Assembly (NCBI GenBank): GCA_965216315.1
Contig: CBDCFN010000016.1
Location: 608,001-672,000 of the forward strand
Length of the DNA stretch: 64,000 nucleotides
Source of the DNA: a bacterium
Lineage (GTDB): Bacteria; UBA10199; 2-02-FULL-50-16; JAJFLM01
Reading direction: 5' to 3'
In this document: positions 49,480 to 59,300 of the stretch, piece after piece
Layout of the letters: each line of letters starts with the position of its first letter
Numbering within the stretch: position 1 is the stretch's first letter
Program-made: the position numbers and the translations under genes
The notes under the pieces: generated by a model
Database searches by the model: none
What the model was told of the DNA's origin: nothing
Seen by the model: the letters and a program-made list of their open reading frames with translations, nothing else

Positions 49480-51507
49480 TTATTTTTTCGGTGAAACGCT
49501 GAGTTTTTTGGCGCTTCGCACGGTGATGAGGAGCAAGAACGCGATGCCGAGTAAGGTCATGCCGTGATGTGACGTGCCGGTAGCGCCGAGGCTGCACGCC
49601 CCGCCCGCGAGACGATTGCCGATGGCGCCGCCGGTGCCGTTTCCGTCCTCGTTGTCTCCGGCGCTGGTGCCGTCATTCCCGGTTCCGCCGTTACCCGTCT
49701 CGCCGCCACCCGTATCACTGCCACCGGTTGGATCGCCGCCACTGCTGATACCGTCGCCGGTGAGTGAGACGGTCACACTGCTATCATTCGTGGCATTGGA
49801 ATTGATCGTCAGTGAGCCGGCGTGCGTTCCTTCGCTCGTTGGTCCGAATAAGACCTCAACCGTACAGCTGTCGCCGGCCGTGATCGTCGCCGTATCACTG
49901 CCGCAGGGATTGCTGCCACCGCTGGTGTCGACGGTGTAGTTGCTCTGATCCGAGAGGCTCAAGCCGCTGAGGATGAGATCCAACGTGCCGATATTGGCGA
50001 TGCCGACTTCTCGCGCCTCGGCAGTGGCGTCTATGTCTAACTCACCAAAATCAATGGCCGTGGGGGCAACACTGATCAAGACCTCGGTAAACTCGTCAGC
50101 GCCCATGTCGGGGGCCGCGCCGACAATGCGGTTGTCGCCGTCGAAATCAGTCGTGGGCAGATTCGTTGCCGTTCCTAGGGCTTGGTTGATACAAGGTGAA
50201 TTAACCGTCAGGTGAAAGTCCTCGGCCGCGACATTGTTGAATAACGGGTCTTCGTCGATGTTGTTGGCCGTCGTGATATCATCGACACAGGAGGGCGTTT
50301 GTTGGAGGCAGCTGCTGTCAAAGGCCGTGATGTCGTTATTTTGAATCAAGATGGTGGCACCGAGGCCGTCGACATCGAGATCATCATCCATAAAGAGATC
50401 GTCTTCCACGGGGAGCTTGGCGGCTTGGAAGTTACCCCACAGGATATTATTGGATATTTCAGCTGATCCGCTTTCTTCTTCCATGAAAAGATACAGTCCC
50501 GCGCCGCTGTTAAACGACTCATTGTCAAAGAAAGTATTGTTGATGACGTAGACATTGGCACCGAGATCGGGATCACCGGTCGAAAGACCCCCGCCATGGT
50601 TGTCCGAGGTATTCTGGTAGAAAACGTTATTGCTGATGATCGTGGTCCCGCCGGTGCCGACGAGGGCGCCGCCCCCGCTGGCCGGATCGTTGCCGGCATT
50701 CGTGTGGTTCCGGGTAAAGGTATTGTCATTGACGGTGGCGTTACCGGAGGAAAGTCCGACAATGTTAAGACCGCCGCCCGCCGCGCCGGATGAATTACCG
50801 GTAAAGGTATTTCCGGTAATGAGAGCATCGGAGGCGGAGCCATTGCCGAGGATATATAATCCCCCGCCATATTGATTGGCAGCAAAATCGGCGGTGTTAT
50901 TGGTAAATGCGGAATTTTGGACGCTGACATCGCCGTCAATCGTAATGATACTGACGCCGCCGCCGTTGGCACTGCCGCCGCGCGGATGGCTGGCGTGATT
51001 GTCATCGAACTCGCAGTTGCTAATATTCACGTCGGCGTCGTTCGTGCGAATCAAGGCGCCGCCACCGGCCCCAAAACTCTCGCTGTTACGCGTAAAGCTG
51101 AGATCATTAATAAAGATATCGGCGTCAATATCCGGAGGGGGTGCCGTGACACCGCCCGCCGTCGTGTCGATCAATAAGCCTCGTAAGGTATAATTGGCAT
51201 CGATGGTCGTGACGCCGATACCGGAACCGTTAATGGTCAAGGAGAAATTCTCTCCGTTGGAAGATACGATGTAGCTAAATGTGCCGCCGGAGGCATCAAA
51301 CACACCAGCCTCGAGATTGAGGACGTCCGCAGCCCCATTACCCTGAGCCTCGGTTAGGGCGCTTTGGAAGTCACAGATGTTATCGGAACAATCGATGTCG
51401 GGTGCCGTCGTGACCGTATAGGTCTTGGCATACACGGAGGATATACCGGCGCTGACGATGAAAAGACTGAGGCTAGCGATTAGAAAAGCAAAAACGGCTT
51501 TTCCCAT
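49480..51507 (-). CDS. Surface protein: right-handed beta-helix (GGG/FxxN repeats, choice-of-anchor Q-like) plus Ig-like choice-of-anchor D-like domain and GGAC-TM sorting signal
   Basis: FTNNTA...GGGL repeats, DFHLTVNSPCIN...DFDGDNR...DMGADE, IDFG...N.G..DL...C...F.P...LTINSN...VSLTGDG, ends AGGACSL...MTLLGIAFLLLITVRSAKK. Confidence 0.85.
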   Translation of the reverse strand: MGKAVFAFLIASLSLFIVSAGISSVYAKTYTVTTAPDIDCSDNICDFQSALTEAQGNGAADVLNLEAGVFDASGGTFSYIVSSNGENFSLTINGSGIGVTTIDANYTLRGLLIDTTAGGVTAPPPDIDADIFINDLSFTRNSESFGAGGGALIRTNDADVNISNCEFDDNHASHPRGGSANGGGVSIITIDGDVSVQNSAFTNNTADFAANQYGGGLYILGNGSASDALITGNTFTGNSSGAAGGGLNIVGLSSGNATVNDNTFTRNHTNAGNDPASGGGALVGTGGTTIISNNVFYQNTSDNHGGGLSTGDPDLGANVYVINNTFFDNESFNSGAGLYLFMEEESGSAEISNNILWGNFQAAKLPVEDDLFMDDDLDVDGLGATILIQNNDITAFDSSCLQQTPSCVDDITTANNIDEDPLFNNVAAEDFHLTVNSPCINQALGTATNLPTTDFDGDNRIVGAAPDMGADEFTEVLISVAPTAIDFGELDIDATAEAREVGIANIGTLDLILSGLSLSDQSNYTVDTSGGSNPCGSDTATITAGDSCTVEVLFGPTSEGTHAGSLTINSNATNDSSVTVSLTGDGISSGGDPTGGSDTGGGETGNGGTGNDGTSAGDNEDGNGTGGAIGNRLAGGACSLGATGTSHHGMTLLGIAFLLLITVRSAKKLSVSPKK

Positions 51508-51562
51508 GAGACCCTCCACGAGATAGGTTCTGTGAGTCAGCACCCCTGCAGTACATTAAAGA

Positions 51563-51578
51563 AGCAATGTCTGTGCCA
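51563..51578 (-). promoter_or_regulatory. Sigma-54 -24/-12 promoter
   Basis: TGGCAC-AGACA-TTGCT; IHF-like TTTCAACATCTTA at about 51617-51629; degenerate palindrome TTCTCAaaaTGAGGA at 51674-51688. Confidence 0.85.
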
Positions 51579-51720
51579 AATAGAACGGGAGGGCGGTAAA
51601 TAATAATTTCTAGTTATTTCAACATCTTACTTGGGATTCCTTCGTCAGGGCTTGAGGAGTGGGGCCCTTTTGATTCTCAAAATGAGGATGAAGCGTCGAA
51701 ATACTGACGCCCTGGGTTCT

Positions 51721-53571
51721 TTATTCACGCGTCTTGCTGAACCGCTGGACCGTCGACAAAGCTAAAAAGGTCATCAGCAAGAGCCAGAGCAGGGCGCTGT
51801 GACTCCCCGTAACCGGTCCCGTTCCCGTCAAAGACGCGCCGCAGGCACCGCCCTTAAGCTTGACGCTCATGACCGGGAGCACGATGTAATCGACCTTGCC
51901 CTCGCTGAGATTTGAATTCAGTGCCGTAGAGAAGTTCTGTTCGTAAATGTTGTCCGGGTTCTTTTGAATATAGACGGATTTACTGTTGTTCGCATTCGTG
52001 GCGATCACAACCTCTTCACGACTCAATGATCCCAGGGTGGCCGTTGCCGTGCCATCGATAACGGAATTTTGCTGCATGCGTAGCGATTTGACGATGAGAT
52101 TGGCTGTCTTATGTTCCACCCAGCGCTCGGCGAGAAAGCGGGCGGGGACCGTCATGCGTTGACGGGCCTCGGCGACGGTGATGCGATCCGCGTGGAGGTC
52201 CTCCCAGATCGTGATGAGCTCCTGGTACTGAGCCCAGTTTTCTTCGTTGCCTAATTCAGACGGAAAGACCGGCATGCTCATCAGGTCAGCGACGAGCTCG
52301 CGATTCGTTTCGACCATGCCTTCGGTGCCGTCGCAGACAACTTTGTTGCCGTCCGCCATGCCGAAGCAGATCTGAGCGGTTTGCGGATTGACGGGGGGCT
52401 CATCGATAATGATGGGGTCGTCCGGTTCCGGTTCCGGTGTGGTTTCCGGTTCCGTCGGTTCGGAACACTCACAGGCAGGAAACTGAATCAGGCATTCCTT
52501 CGGTTCACGGTTCTCGGTCAGCAGCACCTCTTTTCTTGCATCCACCAATGCGGTTTCTTGGACCGCATTAGGGTCATAGGACCCATCGATCATCGATTGA
52601 AGCCGCTGACAGGCGCTCTCCGGAGCTTGAATATTTAACGTGTAACCACCGAGCTCGTTTGCGCTGATGTTGATCCCGAGCTTTTTCCAGTGGTCGACCT
52701 GTTCGGGATAGAGGCACTGGACGTAACCCCAGAGATTAATGTCTCGTTCGACTTGTTTGACTCGATAGTACTTGCTGGCGATTTCGCGATCCAATGCGAT
52801 ATTTTTCGTCAGTCGATTTTCTTCGGTTTCCTTGACCTCATGTTGACCACAATAAGCGGTTCCGACATTCTGCGGATTGTCGCAGCCGCACAGTGCAATT
52901 TCTTTAGAGCGCGTACAGCACTGGTGGGTCTCCGGAAGGTATTCGGCTCGAGAATCATGACAGAATTGCTCGCCGTCATTGATCTCATCTTTGAGGTAAC
53001 TCTCGATGATATCAGGGTCGGCGGTTTTCGCCGGCGAATCATAACAATTCAAGACAGAGGCCGTGTTGCTTTCGTCGTCATAGACAAAAGAAAAGTCGTC
53101 GTGACATTCATCAATCTTGTCGAGTTGATGGGCCTTGCCGAAACAGGAAAAACAGGCGGTATTGAGCGGATTCCGCTGACAGGAACAACTGAGTCGCGCC
53201 GTCGTGACATCCTCGGCGCTTTGGGGTTCGGCGGTGATGGTACCCTTAACGCAGCAATCAACAAGATCTGCAATGGGCGTATAGCGGGAGATGTTGACAT
53301 CGAGACGATTCACCAGGCTGCGCGAGGCATCGTTTGTAAACATTGTATAGTTTTCACAGCATTTTAAGGCTTGCTCTTGTTCTGCTGGGGATTCGTAACG
53401 AGCGGCGATGAGCGAACAGGTATCAAGGGCTTCAGCGGGCTCAGCGGCGGCGGGAGCGGGAGCTGGCGCCGGTACTTTGCCGACGGTCTCTTCTTGAGCT
53501 TGAATGGACTGAATATTTAAAAAGGTGAGTCCGGTAATAAAAAGGAGTGATAAGAGCCTACGTACCGCCAT
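51721..53571 (-). CDS. Secreted Cys-rich protein with C-terminal GGAC-TM-basic sorting signal
   Basis: AAAGGA RBS, signal peptide ending IQA, more than 20 Cys, ends LKGGACGASL...ALLWLLLMTFLALSTVQRFSKTRE. Confidence 0.82.
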   Translation of the reverse strand: MAVRRLLSLLFITGLTFLNIQSIQAQEETVGKVPAPAPAPAAAEPAEALDTCSLIAARYESPAEQEQALKCCENYTMFTNDASRSLVNRLDVNISRYTPIADLVDCCVKGTITAEPQSAEDVTTARLSCSCQRNPLNTACFSCFGKAHQLDKIDECHDDFSFVYDDESNTASVLNCYDSPAKTADPDIIESYLKDEINDGEQFCHDSRAEYLPETHQCCTRSKEIALCGCDNPQNVGTAYCGQHEVKETEENRLTKNIALDREIASKYYRVKQVERDINLWGYVQCLYPEQVDHWKKLGINISANELGGYTLNIQAPESACQRLQSMIDGSYDPNAVQETALVDARKEVLLTENREPKECLIQFPACECSEPTEPETTPEPEPDDPIIIDEPPVNPQTAQICFGMADGNKVVCDGTEGMVETNRELVADLMSMPVFPSELGNEENWAQYQELITIWEDLHADRITVAEARQRMTVPARFLAERWVEHKTANLIVKSLRMQQNSVIDGTATATLGSLSREEVVIATNANNSKSVYIQKNPDNIYEQNFSTALNSNLSEGKVDYIVLPVMSVKLKGGACGASLTGTGPVTGSHSALLWLLLMTFLALSTVQRFSKTRE

Positions 53572-53718
53572 GCGTTGTCCTTTCCGACCCTCTACCCGAA
53601 TGACCCTTCAATTTTTATCATCCCAACGTAAGACCATTATCGGGAAGGGGGCCCTAACGAGTTGCGGCGGATGAGGCGCTAATTATTGCGAATAGTTGTA
53701 AGGGCCCGCGGAAACGGA

Positions 53719-53751
53719 ATAGGCCGCTGCCCTTAAGGGGCAGCGGCCTAT
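53719..53751 (-). terminator. Strong hairpin after the 53761-55962 gene (terminator or mRNA processing/stability element)
   Basis: ATAGGCCGCTGCCC-ttaag-GGGCAGCGGCCTAT; only a weak U-tract. Confidence 0.6.
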
Positions 53752-53760
53752 AGAAAGAGT

Positions 53761-55962
53761 CTAGCGTTTGACGGCGACACGACGGAGCCGATGAACGAGT
53801 TGTCCGACCCCTAAGGTGATCAAGGCGATCATCAATAGGAGTAAGGTCATCGGCTGTGTCCGATCCGAGCGATGCGTGGTCAGGCTTCCCCCGCTGCAGC
53901 CGCCACCGGCCGTCAATGAGGGCTGGTCAATGCGCAGCGTAATGCGCGGATCGCTGGCGGCCTGGGTCCCATCGCTGAGCGCGGAAAGCCGTGTCGGATT
54001 AAAGGTGAAGAACTTCTGCCCCGTGCTGTCCTCGACTTCGCTGACGTCACTGGGATCCAGGGCGAGGGCGGCGGCATGGCGTTGACCGCCTGCGGCGACG
54101 TCTTCGGGTTTGACGTTCGTCGTAAAGGCAGTGAGCAGCCCGGCCTTGCCCTTCAGCCAACGCTTCATCAGTTGATTGAAGCAAATGGCCATTTGCTCAT
54201 GGGCCTCGGTGGCCGAGATTTTGTCATTGTGGGCCTTGCGATAGATTTCATTGATTTGCTGATAGCACTCATAGTCTTCTTTGTGCTTCCAATCCCCCAT
54301 AAACCAGGGATTGGAAGTCACGGAGTACTCCGACTCGGCCGAGGGATCGAGATCGACCCAGCCGTCCGGGCACAGGACCTTATCGTGCTGCGCGAAGTGC
54401 ACACAGACCTCGGCCCGTACCGGTGCCGTCGGAACGACGGGTGGGGTTGCTTCGGGGCTGGTTGGTTCCGGTTCTGGCTCCTTTTTTGGCTCTTCATCAC
54501 AGACGACTTCGCGCGTTTTTCTTAACCAGATGTCGCGTTCATCCATGTGGGTCAAATATCGGCGTTGATCGACCGTGCCTTCTACTTTCTTTTCGGCTAG
54601 GGCTTTTTCATATTCTTCAAGTTTTCTGCGCTCTTCTTCGCGCTGCAACTCGGTTTCTGTGGTGGAGCTATCTTTGGCCCGCTTTAACGAGTCGTCGATC
54701 TTTTTCTCGAAATCGTCGACCTCCGGTTGCTCGGCTTCTTGTTGAGCACAACAGGCGATGAGTTTCCAGAGATCGTCCATTTTGTTATCGGTATCGACGT
54801 AACGCACACGGACCTGGTTACTAATCTCCTTGCTGAGTTGCTCTTTCCGAATGGCATTCGCGAGTTCGTAGTCTCCGTCGAGATAAGCAAAAGAGCGTGT
54901 CTCTTTGACGTCTTCCTCGGCGGCTTGCGCTTCTTGCTGCATGGCTAAGAGTTGAATCTCCTGTTGAGTGCCGTTGCTCAGATTGGCTTGGCGAATGCCA
55001 TCTTGGTTGACGCGCACGATGCGTAGCGGTGTCGTATCGGCGTTTGCTTCGAGCTTCTCTTCTTCAATGCCGCGTTGCAGGACGATTTCCTGATCGGTTC
55101 CGCCATTTAAATAACGGGTTCTATCAGCATAGTTGTGAAAGTAAATGCGATCGCTCGTCACGGCCTGTTCAAGCCGGACTTTTTCTGCTTCGGGCTTTGC
55201 CACGGCGACTTCGACCTTTTCCGCTTCGGCGAGGATGGCTTCTTTTTGTGTATTCGCTTGAGCGAGTTCTGCTTCGATGGTTTCTTCCTTAGCCTTAGCG
55301 AGTTCCGTTTCCTTAGCCTGTTCCAAGATCGCTACTTTGGCTCGTTCAGCGACGAGCTTTTCTTCGGGAATGTCCCGAATAGTGCCGACGACCGAATCGA
55401 CTTCGCGTCCATAAAAATCCGCCAATGTTTTCTGACAGCAGAGCAGATATTTTTTGGCCTGCTCTTCGGTGATTTCACCCGCTTCCACTAATTTCCATAC
55501 GGCAATCTTGCACTGTATCGCGACGTCGTTGGTATTGACGCGCAGCTGTCCTTTTTCGACCGCCGTACGGATGTCATATTGAGCGACACGCCTCGCGACT
55601 TTATATTCTCCTTCGGGGGTGCCGACGGTTCGAACGATCGTCGCCGTCGGTTTTTCCTGGCTGAGGAAGGTCGCGTCGAGGCGGGTCGCATTACGCGCTG
55701 CGACGCTGTAGTCCAATGCGGCCTGCTCGCCTTCAATTGTTTTAAAAGAGCGTTCCAGCATCAGCTGTTCTTCGAGTGGCGGGACAATGGTTCCCTGGCT
55801 TTCCACTGGTGCGGCCTCCACGGCGCGAACGGTTTTGGTGGCAGAGGTGACGATTTCTTCTTTTGCGGCCTCGACCTTATCGGCGTCTTGCCCCTGGACT
55901 GTGCCATTGCTTATCGTTAATAAAAGGATCCCCAAGAGTGTCAGTAAGATTTTTGTTTTCAT
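53761..55962 (-). CDS. Secreted coiled-coil/Cys protein with C-terminal GGGC-TM-basic sorting signal
   Basis: Signal peptide, E/K/A-rich helices, PEPEP linker, ends LTAGGGCSGGSL...PMTLLLLMIALITLGVGQLVHRLRRVAVKR. Confidence 0.82.
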   Translation of the reverse strand: MKTKILLTLLGILLLTISNGTVQGQDADKVEAAKEEIVTSATKTVRAVEAAPVESQGTIVPPLEEQLMLERSFKTIEGEQAALDYSVAARNATRLDATFLSQEKPTATIVRTVGTPEGEYKVARRVAQYDIRTAVEKGQLRVNTNDVAIQCKIAVWKLVEAGEITEEQAKKYLLCCQKTLADFYGREVDSVVGTIRDIPEEKLVAERAKVAILEQAKETELAKAKEETIEAELAQANTQKEAILAEAEKVEVAVAKPEAEKVRLEQAVTSDRIYFHNYADRTRYLNGGTDQEIVLQRGIEEEKLEANADTTPLRIVRVNQDGIRQANLSNGTQQEIQLLAMQQEAQAAEEDVKETRSFAYLDGDYELANAIRKEQLSKEISNQVRVRYVDTDNKMDDLWKLIACCAQQEAEQPEVDDFEKKIDDSLKRAKDSSTTETELQREEERRKLEEYEKALAEKKVEGTVDQRRYLTHMDERDIWLRKTREVVCDEEPKKEPEPEPTSPEATPPVVPTAPVRAEVCVHFAQHDKVLCPDGWVDLDPSAESEYSVTSNPWFMGDWKHKEDYECYQQINEIYRKAHNDKISATEAHEQMAICFNQLMKRWLKGKAGLLTAFTTNVKPEDVAAGGQRHAAALALDPSDVSEVEDSTGQKFFTFNPTRLSALSDGTQAASDPRITLRIDQPSLTAGGGCSGGSLTTHRSDRTQPMTLLLLMIALITLGVGQLVHRLRRVAVKR

Positions 55963-55976
55963 AATAAGCCGAGTCT

Positions 55977-55992
55977 TGCAATGCAGGTGCCA
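55977..55992 (-). promoter_or_regulatory. Sigma-54 -24/-12 promoter
   Basis: TGGCAC-CTGCA-TTGCA, ending 14 nt before the ATG. Confidence 0.85.
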
Positions 55993-56073
55993 TTCCCTGA
56001 AAAAAATAAAAAATAAAGTGTATTAAAATTAGGAGCTTGCAAGGAGAGGGCTGCAATGGTGGCCGCGGTGCGA

Positions 56074-56105
56074 TTATCATAATGATAAAATTATCATATT
56101 GATAA
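56074..56105. promoter_or_regulatory. Two perfect tandem TTATCA-N3-TGATAA palindromes (putative enhancer)
   Basis: TTATCAtaaTGATAA-aa-TTATCAtatTGATAA; a third variant, TTATCAaagTGAGAA, at 56193-56207. Confidence 0.7.
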
Positions 56106-56299
56106 CGCGGTTGTTGCCACGGCGTGCATTTCGTAACGTCTTAGTTCAATTGGGTTTTTTTGCATTGGCTGTCAAAAGGATGACGTTTTTTCTTATCAAA
56201 GTGAGAATTTTTCCAAAAATTAAAGGATAAAATATTAACCTATGGTTAAATAGTTAAGTAATATCAACATTTTATAAAAGATGACTTGGCGCGAAAAAT

Positions 56300-56315
56300 A
56301 GGCACGTCAATTGCT
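56300..56315 (+). promoter_or_regulatory. Sigma-54 -24/-12 promoter
   Basis: AGGCAC-GTCAA-TTGCT; IHF consensus TATCAACATTTTA at about 56262-56274. Confidence 0.8.
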
Positions 56316-56328
56316 TCCCTAAAAGAGC

Positions 56329-59300
56329 ATGATTACATCAACTTCAGCACGGATCGGGGGCGTGCTGACCTCAACCCTGACCCTCCTTCTGCTCACGATG
56401 ATTCCGGTCGCGCCGGCTCAGGGGCAAGAGCTGCAACGGGTGCGGGCCCTGAAGGCGGTGGTGACCGAAACGGCGGCGACCGATAGCAGCTACGGCGTGG
56501 CCAATGCCTGCCTCGAATCAGATTTCAAGTCCCCCGGCTTTCGGACGCATACACCGGATGTGAAGGCGGCCTTAGGGCTCGGTTTTTCGACGGACACTCT
56601 TAAGGCCCTGCTTGAACGCTCCGCGGCCTGTGACGAAAAGACCTGCACGACCGAGGATCGTCTCGCCTTGTACGAGGCCTTCATTGAGGCCCTGGCGCCG
56701 GCCTTGGATTCTAATCTGGGTCTGGATTATTCAGCGCAGCTGGACATTGAAATGCCGGCCGGTTTTTTTGCGGCTCACGCCTCGCGTGATGTTGAGAATC
56801 GTGCTTTCGTGACCGGAGATAATGCGCTCAATTACATTTACAAAAAGCTTAATGCCGCGATTAACAAAGAAGCCGGAGAGACTGCTGGTTGGGGGCCCTC
56901 CGGTGTCGTGGCCGCAGACCATAATGGCGTGATCGATTACAAAGAACTGCTTGAGCCGGTCGATCCGACGGGAAGTCGCATGATTGAATACAAGGGCAAA
57001 CGTTATTTCGTTGTCCTCGATAGCGTAGGTGCGGAACTCAGGGAAAATTCCGCATTTATCGACGGCCGACTTGAGAAGGGTGAGTTTCCCGGCGGCCGGG
57101 CCCATCTCTATGAAGTGACTCAAGATGAAGACGGGGCTTGGAGCTATACGTATCTTTTAGCTTACGATGTCGGTTACAAGCCTTATGGGATTGAGTTTGA
57201 TGCCACTACGGGAACGGTCTACGTGGCAGGGAGTGGGGGCTTCTTTGGCAGCCAGGTGGTCGGGGGCAGTATTGCGGAATTTAATATCGAAAGTGACGTT
57301 GCGACCCATTATTCCACGGTTGATCCCGAGTTCTATGCCAGTAAAGGTTGGGTTCATGGACTGACGAAGTCGATGGCCTCCTATGGGGACTATATTTATC
57401 TCACGCCGCTGACATTGCCTAATCTGACGGTCAAAACATCGCTCGATGCAGAGTCATGTGTAGGGGGAACGGCTGGTTTTGCTTTCAGGGGGTTCTGCAC
57501 AGGACCGATCGAATTTAAGTTGAGCCAGGATGAATCAGGCCAACATTTCATTACGAGTGGTGAAGGTGCCGATCAACACACGGCACCGATAGAAAGTTTG
57601 GAGAGCAGTCCGTACTTTCCGACTGCCACGACTGTTCTGGGGTACGAATCCGGCAGCATGCTCATGCATATCGCGCCGGATTTGTATCAGGCTATTTGGG
57701 TGATTTCACATACGGAAAATATGCAGACGGTTGTCAAAATGCCTTTCACGGCGGGGAGCGCGGAGAATAGCTACCGTATCCATGAAATGAAGGCGTATTT
57801 CAAGGGTCCGGTCAATGCTGTCGCGGAACTTCGCATGAAAGAACATGGCGGCATTGATTTCATTGCGCGCACTCTCAATGGCAATTTAATTACTATCTAC
57901 AATAAGCTCACTCATCAATTGAGTTACCAAATGCTGGAGCATGAGCTCGCGTGGATTGAAAGCGAAACGCCGTTTGTCTTCAACCTGAGTGATACGGTGA
58001 GCGTTCAATTTGGGATTGGTGGCGGTTGGTCGGGTGTCGAGTACGGAAAAGTCGGCGACAAAGAAGGGCTGTTTTTTCATAAGTTGCGCAGCATGGATGC
58101 GGCCTTTGCCGCAGCCGATTCGATTGGTCCGGATGGAGCCGTGACGGTAAGCGGAGAAATAGGCTTTGCCAGCAAGGAGTACCAAGAGCGCGTCAAGGCC
58201 GCGTTGAAAATCGACGAGGTCAATGCCTTTATCAAGGAGTTGGATCTTATCGAAAATCCAGGGGTCAGTGTGAGTACGGAAGAAATGAGTAGCGGGATGG
58301 GTGCGTTGATTACAACGCTTCTTGCGCTTCATGCCGGGCCTCAAGAAATGATTTATATGCACCAAGCCGGTGAGCCGAGTGACATGTTTGCCCGCTTTGG
58401 TCTGGACTTTATCGGTTTCCTTAATCACGTACGCCCACCGGCTCACCATTTTATCGAGATCGATGGTTGGAAGAGCCCGGTGACTGAATTGCAGCAGTTG
58501 GAATTTTTTGGGGCGAGGGAGAGTGAACTGCGGGAGTATGAGAGCGCGAATACCTTGGAAGCGACGGAAAAACAGGCGATCGAGCTCGAGGCGGCCGAAA
58601 AGCAAGCGCTAGAATTGGAAACAGCAGAGCGAGAGGCGATCCAGCTGGAGGGTATTAAAAAAGAGGCCATCATCTTGGAAGCGCAGGAACGTGATACCAT
58701 CGAAGCACAACCTGTTGAAGCGCAAAAGGCCTACTTGATAGAGAGTGAAAAGGTTGAAGCCCAACCCGTCGAAGCGACAAAAGTCCTGATTCAAGAAAGT
58801 ACTACGGTAGAAGCTCAACCGCTCGAAACTAAGGAGACGATTAATCTTCAAATGGAAACCACGAAGGCCGTTGAACTCAAAGCGAGTGAGACACTGAATG
58901 CTGAGATGAAGACGACTGAGGCGACTGAACTCAAAGCAAATGAGACTCTGAATGCTGAGATGAAGACCACTGATACCGTGACGAATGAGCTCAAGACGGT
59001 ACAGGAACCGGTGAGAGTCTTGGAGGAAACGCAACCGAAAATTGAAATTGAGGATTCAACAAAGGTCTATCTGAAAGCCGCTCCGACGACGGAATATCAG
59101 TTTGAATTGAAAAAGAATATTGAAGCGGATCAATGTTCCGATGATCCTAACAAGATGGAGCCGGGTATTTGTGGCTGCGGAGTACCGGACGTCGATGCAA
59201 ACAGAAATGGTGTGATGGATTGCATCGAATCCAGTCGGTCACGCTCTTCGCTCGATGAACTATGGAATCTCTTTCGCATTCGCGAGGCAATGGCCCAGTC

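Noticed and set aside
56074..56105. TGATAA/TTATCA arrays as Fur boxes
   Set aside because: The spacing between adjacent palindromes varies (2 vs 3 nt) while the internal N3 is constant, and they sit at enhancer distance from sigma-54 sites. Fur is disfavoured, not excluded.
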